From an uncultured Acidobacteriota bacterium (GTDB lineage Bacteria; Actinomycetota; Acidimicrobiia; Spongiisociales; ZC4RG35), in contig CAWHEU010000018.1 of the NCBI GenBank assembly GCA_963828465.1, positions 256,001 to 320,000 of the forward strand: a DNA stretch of 64,000 nt. Reading direction: 5' to 3'. This document shows positions 20,030-29,654 of the stretch, piece by piece. The notes under the pieces were generated by a model. That model was not told the origin of the DNA, searched no databases, and was given only the letters and a program-made list of their open reading frames with translations. Made by a program: the position numbers and the translations under genes. Every line of letters begins with the position of its first letter. Within the stretch, counting starts at the first letter, position 1.

Positions 20030-20869
20030 CACACGATCAGATCCGCGAGATGGTCCGCCGGGTGAACCCGATCCCGGACCCGAGAACGCTCGTGGTCGAC
20101 GATGTGCCTGTCCTCACGACCCCTCTGGAGAGGAGGATGGACATGCAGACAGACAGTCGAGTGACCGACGGAGGGCTCTGGGCCGAATCGCCGGCGTGGT
20201 CCCCTGGTCGGGATCGCAACAGCGGCGGTGATCCTGATCGCAGGGCTGGTCTTTTTCCTGACCAGGGACAACACCCCGGTCGCCGAGCCGGCCCCGAATG
20301 CGACCCAGTTTCCCGCTGATGATTTGGACGCGCCACTTGCGCCCGGCGCCTACTTCGTGGACACCGACGGAAGCGAAGAGTCGTCGCTCGGAGGAACCTT
20401 CGTGATCGAAGGCGCGGGATGGTCATCGATGGGTGCAGGGCCAAAAAAGGCATTTGGCGAGGGCTATGTGGCGCTTTTGATCGTCGAGGTGGACCAGGTG
20501 TGGTCATCGGCGTGTGAGGCACCAGCGCCGATAGCAGCCGGGACGACTGCGGAGGATCTGGCAAACCAGTTCGCCGCGGCCGGCTTCACCATCCAAGAGG
20601 CCGTTTCTCCGGTGAGTGCCTTTGGCCAGTCGGGATACCACTTAGTGGTCGATGTCCCCGCCGAGTGCACTGGTACCGCCAACTTGGTCTGGGAAGGCCC
20701 CACGTTCGGGCGCTTCTACCACGACCCCGAAGGCCACGTCGTGGAGTACTGGTTCCTCGATGTGGATGACACCCCGGTCATGGTCGAGGCGAGCTGGGCC
20801 CCTTCGTCGTCCGAAGAGGAGGTGGCCGAGCTGCAGGACGTGCTCGACACCCTGGTGATCACTCCCTAG
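20026..20869 (+). CDS. Putative single-TM anti-sigma factor (copy 1); +1 frameshift near 20173
   Basis: ATGA overlap with sigma; MTHDQIREMVRRVNP... joins NRRRGPLVGIATAAVILIAGLVFFL after removing one base, matching the intact paralog at 21572. Confidence 0.75.
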
Positions 20870-20896
20870 TCGGGCAACACCAATTGATCTAGCCAC

Positions 20897-20926
20897 GGAA
20901 CGGGTCGGCACACGCCGACCCGTTCC
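20897..20926. terminator. Hairpin between the duplicated sigma/anti-sigma units
   Basis: 13-bp perfect stem GGAACGGGTCGGC-acac-GCCGACCCGTTCC. Confidence 0.6.
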
Positions 20927-20978
20927 TCGTTGAAATCCCGCACACAAGGCATAGGGGTGAAGATTCGAACAGAATCCT

Positions 20979-21003
20979 GTCAACGGGGTGTCGTATCCGG
21001 ACA
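20979..21003 (+). promoter_or_regulatory. Putative autoregulated ECF promoter, copy 2
   Basis: GTCA-N16-GGACA, 11 nt before ATG 21015. Confidence 0.55.
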
Positions 21004-21014
21004 GGAACTGATTG

Positions 21015-21575
21015 ATGACGACGACGGTGGACATGGAGCGGAGGGCTCGCTTCGAAGCGATTTGGGCCGAGCACTCGCTGAAAGTGCGCGCCTACTGCAT
21101 TCGAAGAGTCGCATCACACGACGCCGACGACGTCGCTGCCGAGATATTCCTGGTGGTATGGCGACGCATCGACGAGATTCCGCCGCCGCCCAAGACCCTC
21201 CTCTACATCTACGGCATCGCGGGCAAGGTGGTCTCCAATCACACCCGATCTTTTCGTCGTAGATCACGTCTCGACGAGAAGCTGCGCAACCTGGGCGTTG
21301 CTCCCCCCGTCGACCCGGCGTTCCTCGTCGTCCAGAGCTCCGACGACGCCGAAGTCGCAGCGGCAGTTCGGAACCTGAGCCGACGAGACCGCGAGATCGT
21401 GATGCTCTACGCCTGGGAGGATCTGCCGCGGAACGACATCGCCGAGATCATGGGCATGAGCAGGTCCGCGGTCGACCAGAGAATCCACCGTTCCTATCAG
21501 AGACTCGCTCGGGCTCTCCAGCCCCTCATCAATCCGACCCCTTCCCCTCCGGTCGCCGAGGAAGGAGCGACATGA
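21015..21575 (+). CDS. ECF RNA polymerase sigma factor (copy 2)
   Basis: DADDVAAEIFLVVWRRIDEIPPPPKTL; RDREIVMLYAWEDL...AVDQRIHRSYQ; clear paralog of 19469. Confidence 0.93.
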   Translation: MTTTVDMERRARFEAIWAEHSLKVRAYCIRRVASHDADDVAAEIFLVVWRRIDEIPPPPKTLLYIYGIAGKVVSNHTRSFRRRSRLDEKLRNLGVAPPVDPAFLVVQSSDDAEVAAAVRNLSRRDREIVMLYAWEDLPRNDIAEIMGMSRSAVDQRIHRSYQRLARALQPLINPTPSPPVAEEGAT

Positions 21576-22420
21576 CACACGATCAGATCGATCGCATCGT
21601 CCGCAGGGCAAATCCGCTGTCGGACCCGACTGCCCTCGAGCCGGTGGATGTGCCTGTCCTCACGACACCTCTCGAGAGGGGGCTGGAAATGCAGATCGAT
21701 GACAGACCCGGGACTGAGGTCCCAGCGGACCGGAATCGCCGGCGTGGTCCCCTGGTCGGGATCGCGACGGCGGCAGTGATCCTGATCGCAGGGCTCGTCT
21801 TGTTCCTAACCCGGGACAACACCCCCGTGGCCGAGCCGGCCCCGAATGCCACTGAACTGACGAGCGAGTTTCAGCCCCTCGCCCCAGGCGCCTACTACGC
21901 CGATACCGACGGCAACGAGGAGACGGCGACTCGTGGCACCTTCGTCATCGAAGGTGACGGGTGGACGGACGTGTTTTCATCCGGGGCGCTAAAGGAGGGT
22001 GGCGGCGAGCACGTTGTTGCGCTTTTGGTCGTCGAGGTCGACGACGTGTGGTCATCGGTATGTGAGTCGACCGCTCCGGTGGCGGCGGGGACGACGGCGG
22101 CCGATCTGGCCAACCAGTTCACCACCAATGGATTGACGGTCCGGGAGGCGTTGGCGCCGGTCAATGCCTTCGGCCACAACGGGTACCACCTGGTCGGAGA
22201 GGTGCCTGCCGGGTGCGGCGGTTCCGGCAAACCGGTCTGGACGGGCCCCGTTTTCGCCCACGAGCGTACGTACGACTCAGGCGATATGGTGGAATACTGG
22301 TTCCTCGATGTGGAGGGCACCCCGGTCATGATCGAGGTGAGTTGGGCGCCTGGATCGTCACCGGAGGAGGACGTGATCGAGTTGCAGGACGTTCTCGACA
22401 CCCTGGTGATCACTCCCTAG
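21572..22420 (+). CDS. Putative single-TM anti-sigma factor (copy 2) with extracytoplasmic domain
   Basis: Short cytoplasmic N-terminus, TM GPLVGIATAAVILIAGLVLFL, extracellular domain ending ELQDVLDTLVITP as in copy 1. Confidence 0.78.
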   Translation: MTHDQIDRIVRRANPLSDPTALEPVDVPVLTTPLERGLEMQIDDRPGTEVPADRNRRRGPLVGIATAAVILIAGLVLFLTRDNTPVAEPAPNATELTSEFQPLAPGAYYADTDGNEETATRGTFVIEGDGWTDVFSSGALKEGGGEHVVALLVVEVDDVWSSVCESTAPVAAGTTAADLANQFTTNGLTVREALAPVNAFGHNGYHLVGEVPAGCGGSGKPVWTGPVFAHERTYDSGDMVEYWFLDVEGTPVMIEVSWAPGSSPEEDVIELQDVLDTLVITP

Positions 22421-22429
22421 TCGGTATCT

Positions 22430-22879
22430 TCAGCCACCGGCCCCGGGCGGCTCTCGTCGAGTCGTCAGCGGGCCGGTGGTGCCCGGGGTCTCGTAGTCCC
22501 CTATCCAGTGCTCCTCCCACGCCTGGTCGTATTGATCCCCGTTACACCCGGGGTGATAGACGGCGACTAGCTCTCGGGTGATCTGCTCCCGATGGCGGGC
22601 ATTGGCGCCGGGGGCCTCGTAGGTGCCGATGTAGAGATCGAACCGCTTGTTGTCGACCCGGCTCAACCAGCATGACGCCGCCGAATGATCGAAGGGGAGC
22701 CGTTCCGCAGAGAGATCGTCGGAATGGCCCACGAACAGCACCGCATATTCTTCCGGCTTGGTGCCGGGGTCGGGCTTGTACATCACCGCGAAAACGGCGG
22801 CTCGCTGAGGTGGGGTCCATCCCGCCAGCAGTCTCGGGCCCTCGAAGGGATACCCGGCGAGCGATCCGAGGCGGATCAC
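22430..22879 (-). CDS. Hypothetical protein with degenerate GIY-YIG-like pattern
   Basis: AVFAVMY...YAVLFVGHSDDL...R...RELVAVYHPGCN; GTGA-coupled to the upstream gene. Confidence 0.7.
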   Translation of the reverse strand: MIRLGSLAGYPFEGPRLLAGWTPPQRAAVFAVMYKPDPGTKPEEYAVLFVGHSDDLSAERLPFDHSAASCWLSRVDNKRFDLYIGTYEAPGANARHREQITRELVAVYHPGCNGDQYDQAWEEHWIGDYETPGTTGPLTTRREPPGAGG

Positions 22880-23169
22880 TCCTCGACCATGTCGTAGAAC
22901 ATCTCTTCGTCCTCGGCGATGGTCTCCACGTTCACCACCGGCCAGGACGGGAGGCCCGACTTTTCCACGGCCTTGGCCAGCACCGCCATCGCCAGCTCCA
23001 CGGCGCGATCGCTGTGTTCGGCTTCCACCACGACCTGGACCCCGTATCCGTAGGTACCCATTCCCGAAGCGATCCCTTCGCTGGTGGCCACTGCGTCTGC
23101 GAGCTCGACAACCTCGTCTAGCTCGATCACACGGTCACCCTCGGTCTGGAGGGAGACACTCCACCTCAA
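22876..23169 (-). CDS. Small acidic hypothetical protein in cox accessory operon
   Basis: 97 aa with alternating beta/alpha pattern; GGAG/AGGTG upstream of TTG; starts 4 nt after the coxE stop. Confidence 0.7.
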   Translation of the reverse strand: MRWSVSLQTEGDRVIELDEVVELADAVATSEGIASGMGTYGYGVQVVVEAEHSDRAVELAMAVLAKAVEKSGLPSWPVVNVETIAEDEEMFYDMVEE

Positions 23170-23173
23170 GGGC

Positions 23174-24341
23174 TCACCTCAGCTCCGGCAGCCGCTCGGC
23201 CAGCTCTTCGAGGCTGGCGAGATCGTGGCCGGAAAGGATCAAGTCGACGAAAGGAGCGGCCACCATCATTCCGAGTGTCGTCGGTATGAACTCCGGGTCG
23301 TCGCCCTTGTGCGGGTTCATCCACACCACCTTGTGGCAGAGCCGGGAAAGCCGCTCCATCGCGGCGGCCAGCAAGGCCGGGTCACCGCGATCGAGGCCGT
23401 CCGAGCAGATGACGACGATCGCGCCCCGGCTCATCCCCCGGCGACCCCATTGGCGGACGAACGTGTCGATGGCATGCCCGATGCGAGTGCCACCCTCCCA
23501 GTCGAAGACCGATCTCGCCGCTTCGTCCAGAGCGTCGTCGGGGCGTCGGCGCTCCAGGGCCCGAGTGATCCGTGTGAGTCGTGTGCCGAAGCAGAACACC
23601 TCCACCCTGGTGGCCGCTCGCCGGGTCGAATAGGCGAACTGGAGGAGATTGCGGGAGTAGTCGGCCATCGAGCCCGAGACGTCGAGGATGAGGACGAGCG
23701 GGCGCATCTTGAGTCGCCGCTGCCGCCAGAACAGCTCCGAAGGCTCGCCGTGGGTCCGCATCGTGGTCCGGACGGTGCGGCGCAGATCGGGTCGGCTCCC
23801 TGCCCGTGACTGTGCCGTGCGCCGAGAACGGCGGCGGGGAGGGATCACCTTCACCTGATTGCATGATGCGGCGCAAGGCGGCGAGCTCTTCGTCGGTACA
23901 GGCCGAAAACGCTTTGTTCCGCCAGATCTCCATGTCGGAGGCCATCAACCCGAGGCGCGCCTCCTCTTCCTTCCCGGGCTGCGCCGGCTCTGCAAACGGA
24001 ACCTCGATCACCGACTGGTTCTCGATCTGAGACTGCTTCAGGACCGCTCGCGTTGGCTCCTGCAGGTCGTCGGGATAGTCGAGGAAGTAGGTGCGGAACA
24101 CCCGGTCATAAATGGGGATGTGATCGTGCCGCGCCACCAGCGAGGTTCGGCCGGCCCAATAGAGGTCGAGCACGTCGCCCGGGTCGAGTAATGCCATCGC
24201 GGCGCAATAGGTCATCAGATCCCCTGATCCGATCGGGACACCGGCAGCACGAAGCTGATCCCCGAAGCCGACGAGCATCCCGATGAATGATGTCCGGTCG
24301 GTCGGGCCGGCCTCATCGACCCCGATCGAGCCGTCAGCCAT
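23174..24341 (-). CDS. coxE: CoxE-like VWA protein; +1 frameshift near 23860
   Basis: N-part FGDQLRAAGVPIG...; C-part PDLRRTVR, MIDAS LDVSGSM, FCFGTRLTRIT, WEGGTRIG, SDGLDRG, WMNP. Confidence 0.88.
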
Positions 24342-25221
24342 CGGCGACGAGCTCCTCGACATGGTCGAGGACCGTTTCCAGGTCATCGCGCTCCTTGACC
24401 ACGGCGCCGAGGGTGTCTTGCACCGTTTCGGCATCGAGGTCTTCCGCGCCAAGCACATTCAGCGTTGCGACCCAGTCGAGGGTCTCCGCGACACCCGGCG
24501 GCTTGGCCAGATCCAGCTGGCGGAGACGCCCCACCGCCGCCACGACCTTGCGCGCCAGCGTTTCGGTGGCTCCCGGGGCCCGGACCAGGATGATCTCCAC
24601 CTCCCGCTCGGCGCTCGGGTACCCGACCCAGTGGTAGAGACACCGTCTCTTCAATGCATCGTGAAGCTCACGGGTGCGATTCGAGGTGAGGATGACGAGT
24701 GGCGGGGCCACTGCGGAGATGGTGCCGATCTCGGGGATGGTGATCTGATAGTCGGACAGCAGCTCGAGGAGGAAGGCCTCGAACTCGTCGTCGGCCCGAT
24801 CGATCTCGTCGATGAGGAGGACCGCCCGATCACCTTCCTTGACCGCCGTCAGCAACGGGCGCTCGAGCAGGAACTTGGGGCCGAAGAGCTTGTCGACGTG
24901 GTCTTCGTCGGCGAGGTCGCGCTCCGACAGGGCCCTGATCTGGAGCATTTGACGGGCGTAGTCCCACTCGTAGAGAGCCTGATTGGTGTCTATCCCCTCG
25001 TAGCACTGAAGTCGGATCAATCGGCGCTGGAGAACTGTTGCGAGGACCTTGGCCAACTCCGTCTTGCCCACCCCAACCTCACCTTCGAGGAGGAGCGGAC
25101 GACCCAGAGTCAATGCGACGTAGACGGCGGTCCCTAATCCTCGATCTGCCAGGTAGAGACCTTCGCCGAGACGTGCGATCACCTCATCGACGCTGCCGGG
25201 AGGTGTCGGGCTATTGCTCAC
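24334..25221 (-). CDS. coxD: CoxD-like MoxR AAA+ ATPase
   Basis: LLEGEVGVGKTE, RLQCYEGID, ALYEWDYARQ, LIDEIDRADDEFEAFLLE, TSNRTRELHDALKRRC, KPPGVAETLDW. Confidence 0.92.
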   Translation of the reverse strand: MSNSPTPPGSVDEVIARLGEGLYLADRGLGTAVYVALTLGRPLLLEGEVGVGKTELAKVLATVLQRRLIRLQCYEGIDTNQALYEWDYARQMLQIRALSERDLADEDHVDKLFGPKFLLERPLLTAVKEGDRAVLLIDEIDRADDEFEAFLLELLSDYQITIPEIGTISAVAPPLVILTSNRTRELHDALKRRCLYHWVGYPSAEREVEIILVRAPGATETLARKVVAAVGRLRQLDLAKPPGVAETLDWVATLNVLGAEDLDAETVQDTLGAVVKERDDLETVLDHVEELVADG

Positions 25222-25264
25222 GATGTGACCCCGTGTGCGTGGGTGGTCGTCGATGCGCCCAGGG

Positions 25265-25516
25265 CTATTCGCCCTTACCGAGGATCAAGTCCCGGACACT
25301 CGCCCCGGATGTCGACAACTTCCCCTCCCGCGCCAGCTTGGCCCTCCAGGCGGCGCCCAGGTCCGTGCCAGGCTCGGCGTAGCCGTCGAAGGTCACGTCT
25401 TTCATGTTGCGACAGGCCTTGGTCGGGCTGCAGTCCTCGTCGAGCGGGTCATGGTCGTGACTGCTGATCCAGATCGACTTCAAGGCGTCTGCAGTGGTCT
25501 CGTGCTGGGCGGTCAT
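25265..25516 (-). CDS. Small hypothetical protein with HDHD and C-x5-C motifs
   Basis: GGGAG before ATG; 83 aa; SSHDHDPLDEDCSPTKACRNM; directly upstream of coxD. Confidence 0.6.
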   Translation of the reverse strand: MTAQHETTADALKSIWISSHDHDPLDEDCSPTKACRNMKDVTFDGYAEPGTDLGAAWRAKLAREGKLSTSGASVRDLILGKGE

Positions 25517-25591
25517 CCAGTTCTCCCGGGAGGTTCTCGCCTGTGATCGTGAACCATCGAGTGTAGTGGAGGCCCTCCGGGTAGCCGAGGG

Positions 25592-26515
25592 CTAACCGCC
25601 CGAAACGGCATGGTCACCGGCATTTTCGGCGATTGCCTCAGCCAGGATCGAGACCGCTATCTCGGCCGGTGTGTCGGCGCCGATGTCGAGGCCGGCCGGG
25701 CCATGGATTCGGGTGAGATCCGTCACGCCCCGATAGGCGAGCCAGTCGGCCCTGTTCTCCTGCATTCGGCGCGCGCCGAGCGCCCCGATGTAGCCCACGT
25801 CGCTCTCCAGTGCAGCCATGAGTGCGGTCCCCGCGAGCTCCAGGTCATGCGCGGCCACGACAACCTTGTCCTGGCCGGACAGCGTGGCGATCATCCCGGT
25901 CGCCGAGCCGGCATCGGCGGCAACCCGGGCATTCCAGCCGATCCGCGACGCGAGCTCGACCAGGGCTCCGGCCACGTCGGTATCCCCCACCACGACCAGC
26001 TGTGGCACGGCCCTGAACACCGAGACCACCTGATCTTCAGTGACTTCCGACCCGCTCTCTCCGGCGGCGAAGAGACGCTCGACGGTCTCCCCGCCGTCCG
26101 CGGCGGTGCCCGTCGTATAGAGGCTGACGTGGGCCACATCATCGCCGTCGATTGTGCACACGAGACCGATCGGCTCCCTGGCGACCGCCAGATCCCAGAG
26201 CCCTTCGGGAAGAGTGTCGGCCGGCACGAGGAGGCATCTCGCGGAGCCGGAGGCGGGCAAGCCCGCAATCAAGGCGTCGATCTCGCTGACCTCGATGTCC
26301 ATCAACCGACCGACGTCCCGACGACCCGCCTGGTCGGCCAGCTGCCCGTCGAGGGCGCCGCCCGCCATTGACCCGATTCGGCCACCGCCGGGGGTGAACA
26401 CGACGGCGTCGGACCAATCCGCGACAGGCAATCCGTCGGCTTGGACGAGCCACGCCACGTCGGCGCGGGTTCCCGAGCGCAAACAAGCGAGAACCGTGAG
26501 CGCCACCCCGTACAC
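25592..26515 (-). CDS. XdhC/CoxI family protein (divergent)
   Basis: GSMAGGALD; YIGALGARR; IHGPAGLDIGADTPAEIAVSILAE. Confidence 0.88.
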   Translation of the reverse strand: MYGVALTVLACLRSGTRADVAWLVQADGLPVADWSDAVVFTPGGGRIGSMAGGALDGQLADQAGRRDVGRLMDIEVSEIDALIAGLPASGSARCLLVPADTLPEGLWDLAVAREPIGLVCTIDGDDVAHVSLYTTGTAADGGETVERLFAAGESGSEVTEDQVVSVFRAVPQLVVVGDTDVAGALVELASRIGWNARVAADAGSATGMIATLSGQDKVVVAAHDLELAGTALMAALESDVGYIGALGARRMQENRADWLAYRGVTDLTRIHGPAGLDIGADTPAEIAVSILAEAIAENAGDHAVSGG

Positions 26516-26550
26516 AAACCGATTGTACGGCGCCGTTTAGGCTTCCTCCT

Positions 26551-27429
26551 GTGATCCCGGCCACCATCGGCGAGCTCGAGAAGCGTCTCGACGACCAGGA
26601 CTACTTCGCCGATGAGAGCCTCGTCGTCGCCATCCACCTCGCCGTACAACTGGGGAAACCGCTCTTCCTCGAGGGGGAAGCGGGAGTCGGCAAGACGGAG
26701 GTGGCCAAGGTGCTGGCGGCAATGGGAGAGGCGGAGCTCATCCGGCTCCAGTGCTACGAGGGACTCGACGTGGGACAGGCCCTCTATGAGTGGGACTACG
26801 CCCGCCAGATGATGGCGATCCGCCTGCTGGAGGCAAGGGGTGAGGGTGCCAATGCCACGCCCAACGACATCATGAGTCGGGACTATCTCATCGCCCGGCC
26901 CCTGCTGCAGGCAATCGAGGCCAGCACCGATGGGCACCGGCCGGTGCTGCTGATCGACGAACTGGATCGGGCGGACGAGGAGTTCGAGGCATTCCTCCTC
27001 GAGTTGCTTTCCGATTTTCAGATAACGATCCCCGAGATCGGAACCATCAAGGCGTCGAACAGGCCGATCGTGATACTCACCTCGAACCGGACGAGGGAGA
27101 TCCACGACGCACTGAAACGTCGCTGTGTCTATCACTGGATCGACTATCCGACCCCTGCCAAAGAGGCCGAGATCATCATGCGCAAGGTGCCCGAGCTCGA
27201 AGGCCATCTGGCGGCATCCCTGGCCGAAGCGATGAGAAGGCTGAGGGAGATGGAGCTGTTCAAGCCGCCGGGAGTCGCCGAGACGCTCGACTGGGCAGAG
27301 TCGCTTCGTTTGTTACAGGCAGGCGAACTGTCACCAGCGACGATCGAGAGCACCATCGGCGTCGTGCTCAAGTACAAGGACGACATCGATATGGTCCGAT
27401 CCGCCGGAGTCGACAGCCTGGTGGGATGA
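26551..27429 (+). CDS. Second CoxD-like MoxR AAA+ ATPase
   Basis: FLEGEAGVGKTE, RLQCYEGLD, IDELDRADEEFEAFLLE, TSNRTREIHDALKRRC; TAGGCT 7 nt before GTG. Confidence 0.92.
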   Translation: MIPATIGELEKRLDDQDYFADESLVVAIHLAVQLGKPLFLEGEAGVGKTEVAKVLAAMGEAELIRLQCYEGLDVGQALYEWDYARQMMAIRLLEARGEGANATPNDIMSRDYLIARPLLQAIEASTDGHRPVLLIDELDRADEEFEAFLLELLSDFQITIPEIGTIKASNRPIVILTSNRTREIHDALKRRCVYHWIDYPTPAKEAEIIMRKVPELEGHLAASLAEAMRRLREMELFKPPGVAETLDWAESLRLLQAGELSPATIESTIGVVLKYKDDIDMVRSAGVDSLVG

Positions 27430-28541
27430 GCCGGCCCGGACTGATCGATCAGCTGAGCCTTTTCTCAGCAGCCTTGCGCAACCGGGGCCTCACGGTCACC
27501 GCGGATCAGACCACCGACATGGCCCGCGCCCTCTCCATGGTCGATCTCAGTCGCCGGTCCCAGGCAGAGGCGGCATTGCGGTCCCTCACGGTCACCGACC
27601 CCGATCAGATCCCGCTGTTCGACCAAGAGTTCGAGATCTTCTTCGGCCGCTTCCCTCCTCCGGAATGGGTCGATCGAGGCAACAGCGAGCCCGAAGCGGA
27701 CGACGCCAGCTATGCAATCCACGGCCTGGCCGGTTCGACAGTGGCTGATGTCAAAGGACAGGGGGGTGCCTCGGCGGTAGAGAGGATCTCCAGTCGCGAC
27801 TTCGCCGATCTCGACGACGACGACCTCCAGGAGGCGCGGCGTCTAGTTATGACGATGATGTGGCACCCCACCGACTACAAGACCCGGCGGTGGGCGCCAG
27901 GCGACGGCAGCAGGCCCGACCTGCGACGGACCCTGCGCGAAGCAGTGGGCCCGACCGGGGACATGATGGCGATGAGCTGGAAGCGACGCCGGAGAAAGGA
28001 GCGTCCTCTCATCATCATCGCCGACATCTCCGGGTCGATGGAGAAGTACGCCGACATCTTCCTCGTCTTCGCCCATGCCGCCCAGCGACGCTTGCGCGAG
28101 GTCGAGATCTTCACCTTCTCGACCCACCTCAGCCGCATCACCGAGGACATGCGGCGCCGGGACACCAAGACCGCGCTCGCCCGGGTCGCCGATCGCGTGA
28201 CGGACTGGTCGGGAGGCACCCAGATCGGGGATGCCCTCGCCGAGTGGAATCGCCGGTGGAGCCGGCGGCTGGCCAGGGGGGGACCGGTCGTGATGATCCT
28301 CTCCGACGGATGGGATTGCGGCGACCCTGATGTTCTCTCGACAGAGATGGCCCGTCTGGCCCGATCAGTGCATCAGGTGATATGGCTCAACCCGCTGGCT
28401 GCCCGGGCTTCGTATCAGCCGCTGACACGGGGCATGCAGGCGGTCATGCCGAACGTCGATCAGCTGTTGCCGGCCGCTAGCGTCAGCGACTTCCGCGGGG
28501 TGGTCAAGGTGCTCGATTCAGTGGCTGGAGCCAGGCAATGA
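27426..28541 (+). CDS. Second CoxE-like VWA protein
   Basis: [38 protein letters not shown]. Confidence 0.9.
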   Translation: MSRPGLIDQLSLFSAALRNRGLTVTADQTTDMARALSMVDLSRRSQAEAALRSLTVTDPDQIPLFDQEFEIFFGRFPPPEWVDRGNSEPEADDASYAIHGLAGSTVADVKGQGGASAVERISSRDFADLDDDDLQEARRLVMTMMWHPTDYKTRRWAPGDGSRPDLRRTLREAVGPTGDMMAMSWKRRRRKERPLIIIADISGSMEKYADIFLVFAHAAQRRLREVEIFTFSTHLSRITEDMRRRDTKTALARVADRVTDWSGGTQIGDALAEWNRRWSRRLARGGPVVMILSDGWDCGDPDVLSTEMARLARSVHQVIWLNPLAARASYQPLTRGMQAVMPNVDQLLPAASVSDFRGVVKVLDSVAGARQ

Positions 28542-28846
28542 GAAACCAGATCGAAGTTCGCAACCGGTGGGCAGGAGAGGGGAAGAAGGTTGCCGTCGCT
28601 ACCGTGATCCGCGTCCATGGCAGCGCCCCAAGGCCGGAGGGATCCAAGTTCCTCGTCTCGGACGCCGGAGACATGGAGGGATCAGTCAGCGGAGGGTGCG
28701 TCGAGAACGACGTGTTCCTCCATGCCCAGGAAGTGATCGAGACAGGAAAACCAAAGACAGTCACCTACGGGATCGCCGACGACGATGCCTTCGAGGTCGG
28801 CATGGCCTGCGGCGGCACCATCGACGTCTTCATCGAACCGTGGTGA
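28538..28846 (+). CDS. XdhC/CoxI N-terminal domain protein (split XdhC)
   Basis: [41 protein letters not shown]. Confidence 0.92.
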   Translation: MRNQIEVRNRWAGEGKKVAVATVIRVHGSAPRPEGSKFLVSDAGDMEGSVSGGCVENDVFLHAQEVIETGKPKTVTYGIADDDAFEVGMACGGTIDVFIEPW

Positions 28847-29613
28847 GCCCGCTCGAGGCGGTTCAGGGCATCCTCGATCGCGAGGAGTACGGGTCGGTGA
28901 TCACCTTCGTCGACGGGCCTGACCTCGGTGCCAAAGTCGTCCTCGACTCAGCCGGGGAGGCCGTGGCCGGCTCCCTGCCGACCGACGTCGCGGCAGATGT
29001 GACCGCAGACGCCCTGGTGCTGATGGACCACGAGCAGCACCGTGCCATGGAGTACCCGCCCCATGAGGTGTTCATCGAGTCGCTGGCGCCGCCCCAGGAG
29101 ATGCTCATCGTCGGCGCGGTTCACATCGGTCAGGCGTTGGCCAGCTTCGCCGGCCAGATGGGGTACAGGGTGACGGTGATCGACTCCAGGGGCGCCTTTG
29201 CCACGCCAGAGCGTTTCCCCACGGCGCGAGTCCTCGTCGGATGGCCGGAGAACGTCATCGACCAAGTCGGCCTCGATCGGCGAACGTGGGTGGTGATCCT
29301 CTCCCACGACCAGCGTCATGAGGACCCGATACTGGAAGCTGCCCTGAAAAGCCCGGTGCGTTATATCGGGTGCATGGGGAGCCGACGAACCCAGGATCTA
29401 AGAGTCGGGAGGTTGCGGGAGATGGGATTCTCCGACGACGATATCGCCCGGGTACGGGGCCCGGTAGGACTCGACATCGGCGCCGAGAGCCCGCAGGAAG
29501 TGGCGGTCTCCATCCTGGCCGAGATGACCATGGTTCGCTACGGGCATGGCTCCGGTCTCTCGCTGCATGGGATCCAGGGAAGGGTCCACAAGCAGCGTCC
29601 CGAGGACGATTAG
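28843..29613 (+). CDS. XdhC C-terminal (Rossmann) domain protein (split XdhC)
   Basis: GTGA overlap; [53 protein letters not shown]. Confidence 0.9.
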   Translation: MSPLEAVQGILDREEYGSVITFVDGPDLGAKVVLDSAGEAVAGSLPTDVAADVTADALVLMDHEQHRAMEYPPHEVFIESLAPPQEMLIVGAVHIGQALASFAGQMGYRVTVIDSRGAFATPERFPTARVLVGWPENVIDQVGLDRRTWVVILSHDQRHEDPILEAALKSPVRYIGCMGSRRTQDLRVGRLREMGFSDDDIARVRGPVGLDIGAESPQEVAVSILAEMTMVRYGHGSGLSLHGIQGRVHKQRPEDD

Positions 29614-29654
29614 GCCGACTGGAGCCGTCCTTTCGCCGAATACCCTGTGCCTCT

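Noticed and set aside
19469-22420. Direct repeats suggesting a mobile element or CRISPR-like array
   Set aside because: The repeats are coding paralogy of two sigma/anti-sigma units; there is no transposase, terminal repeat or repeat-spacer periodicity
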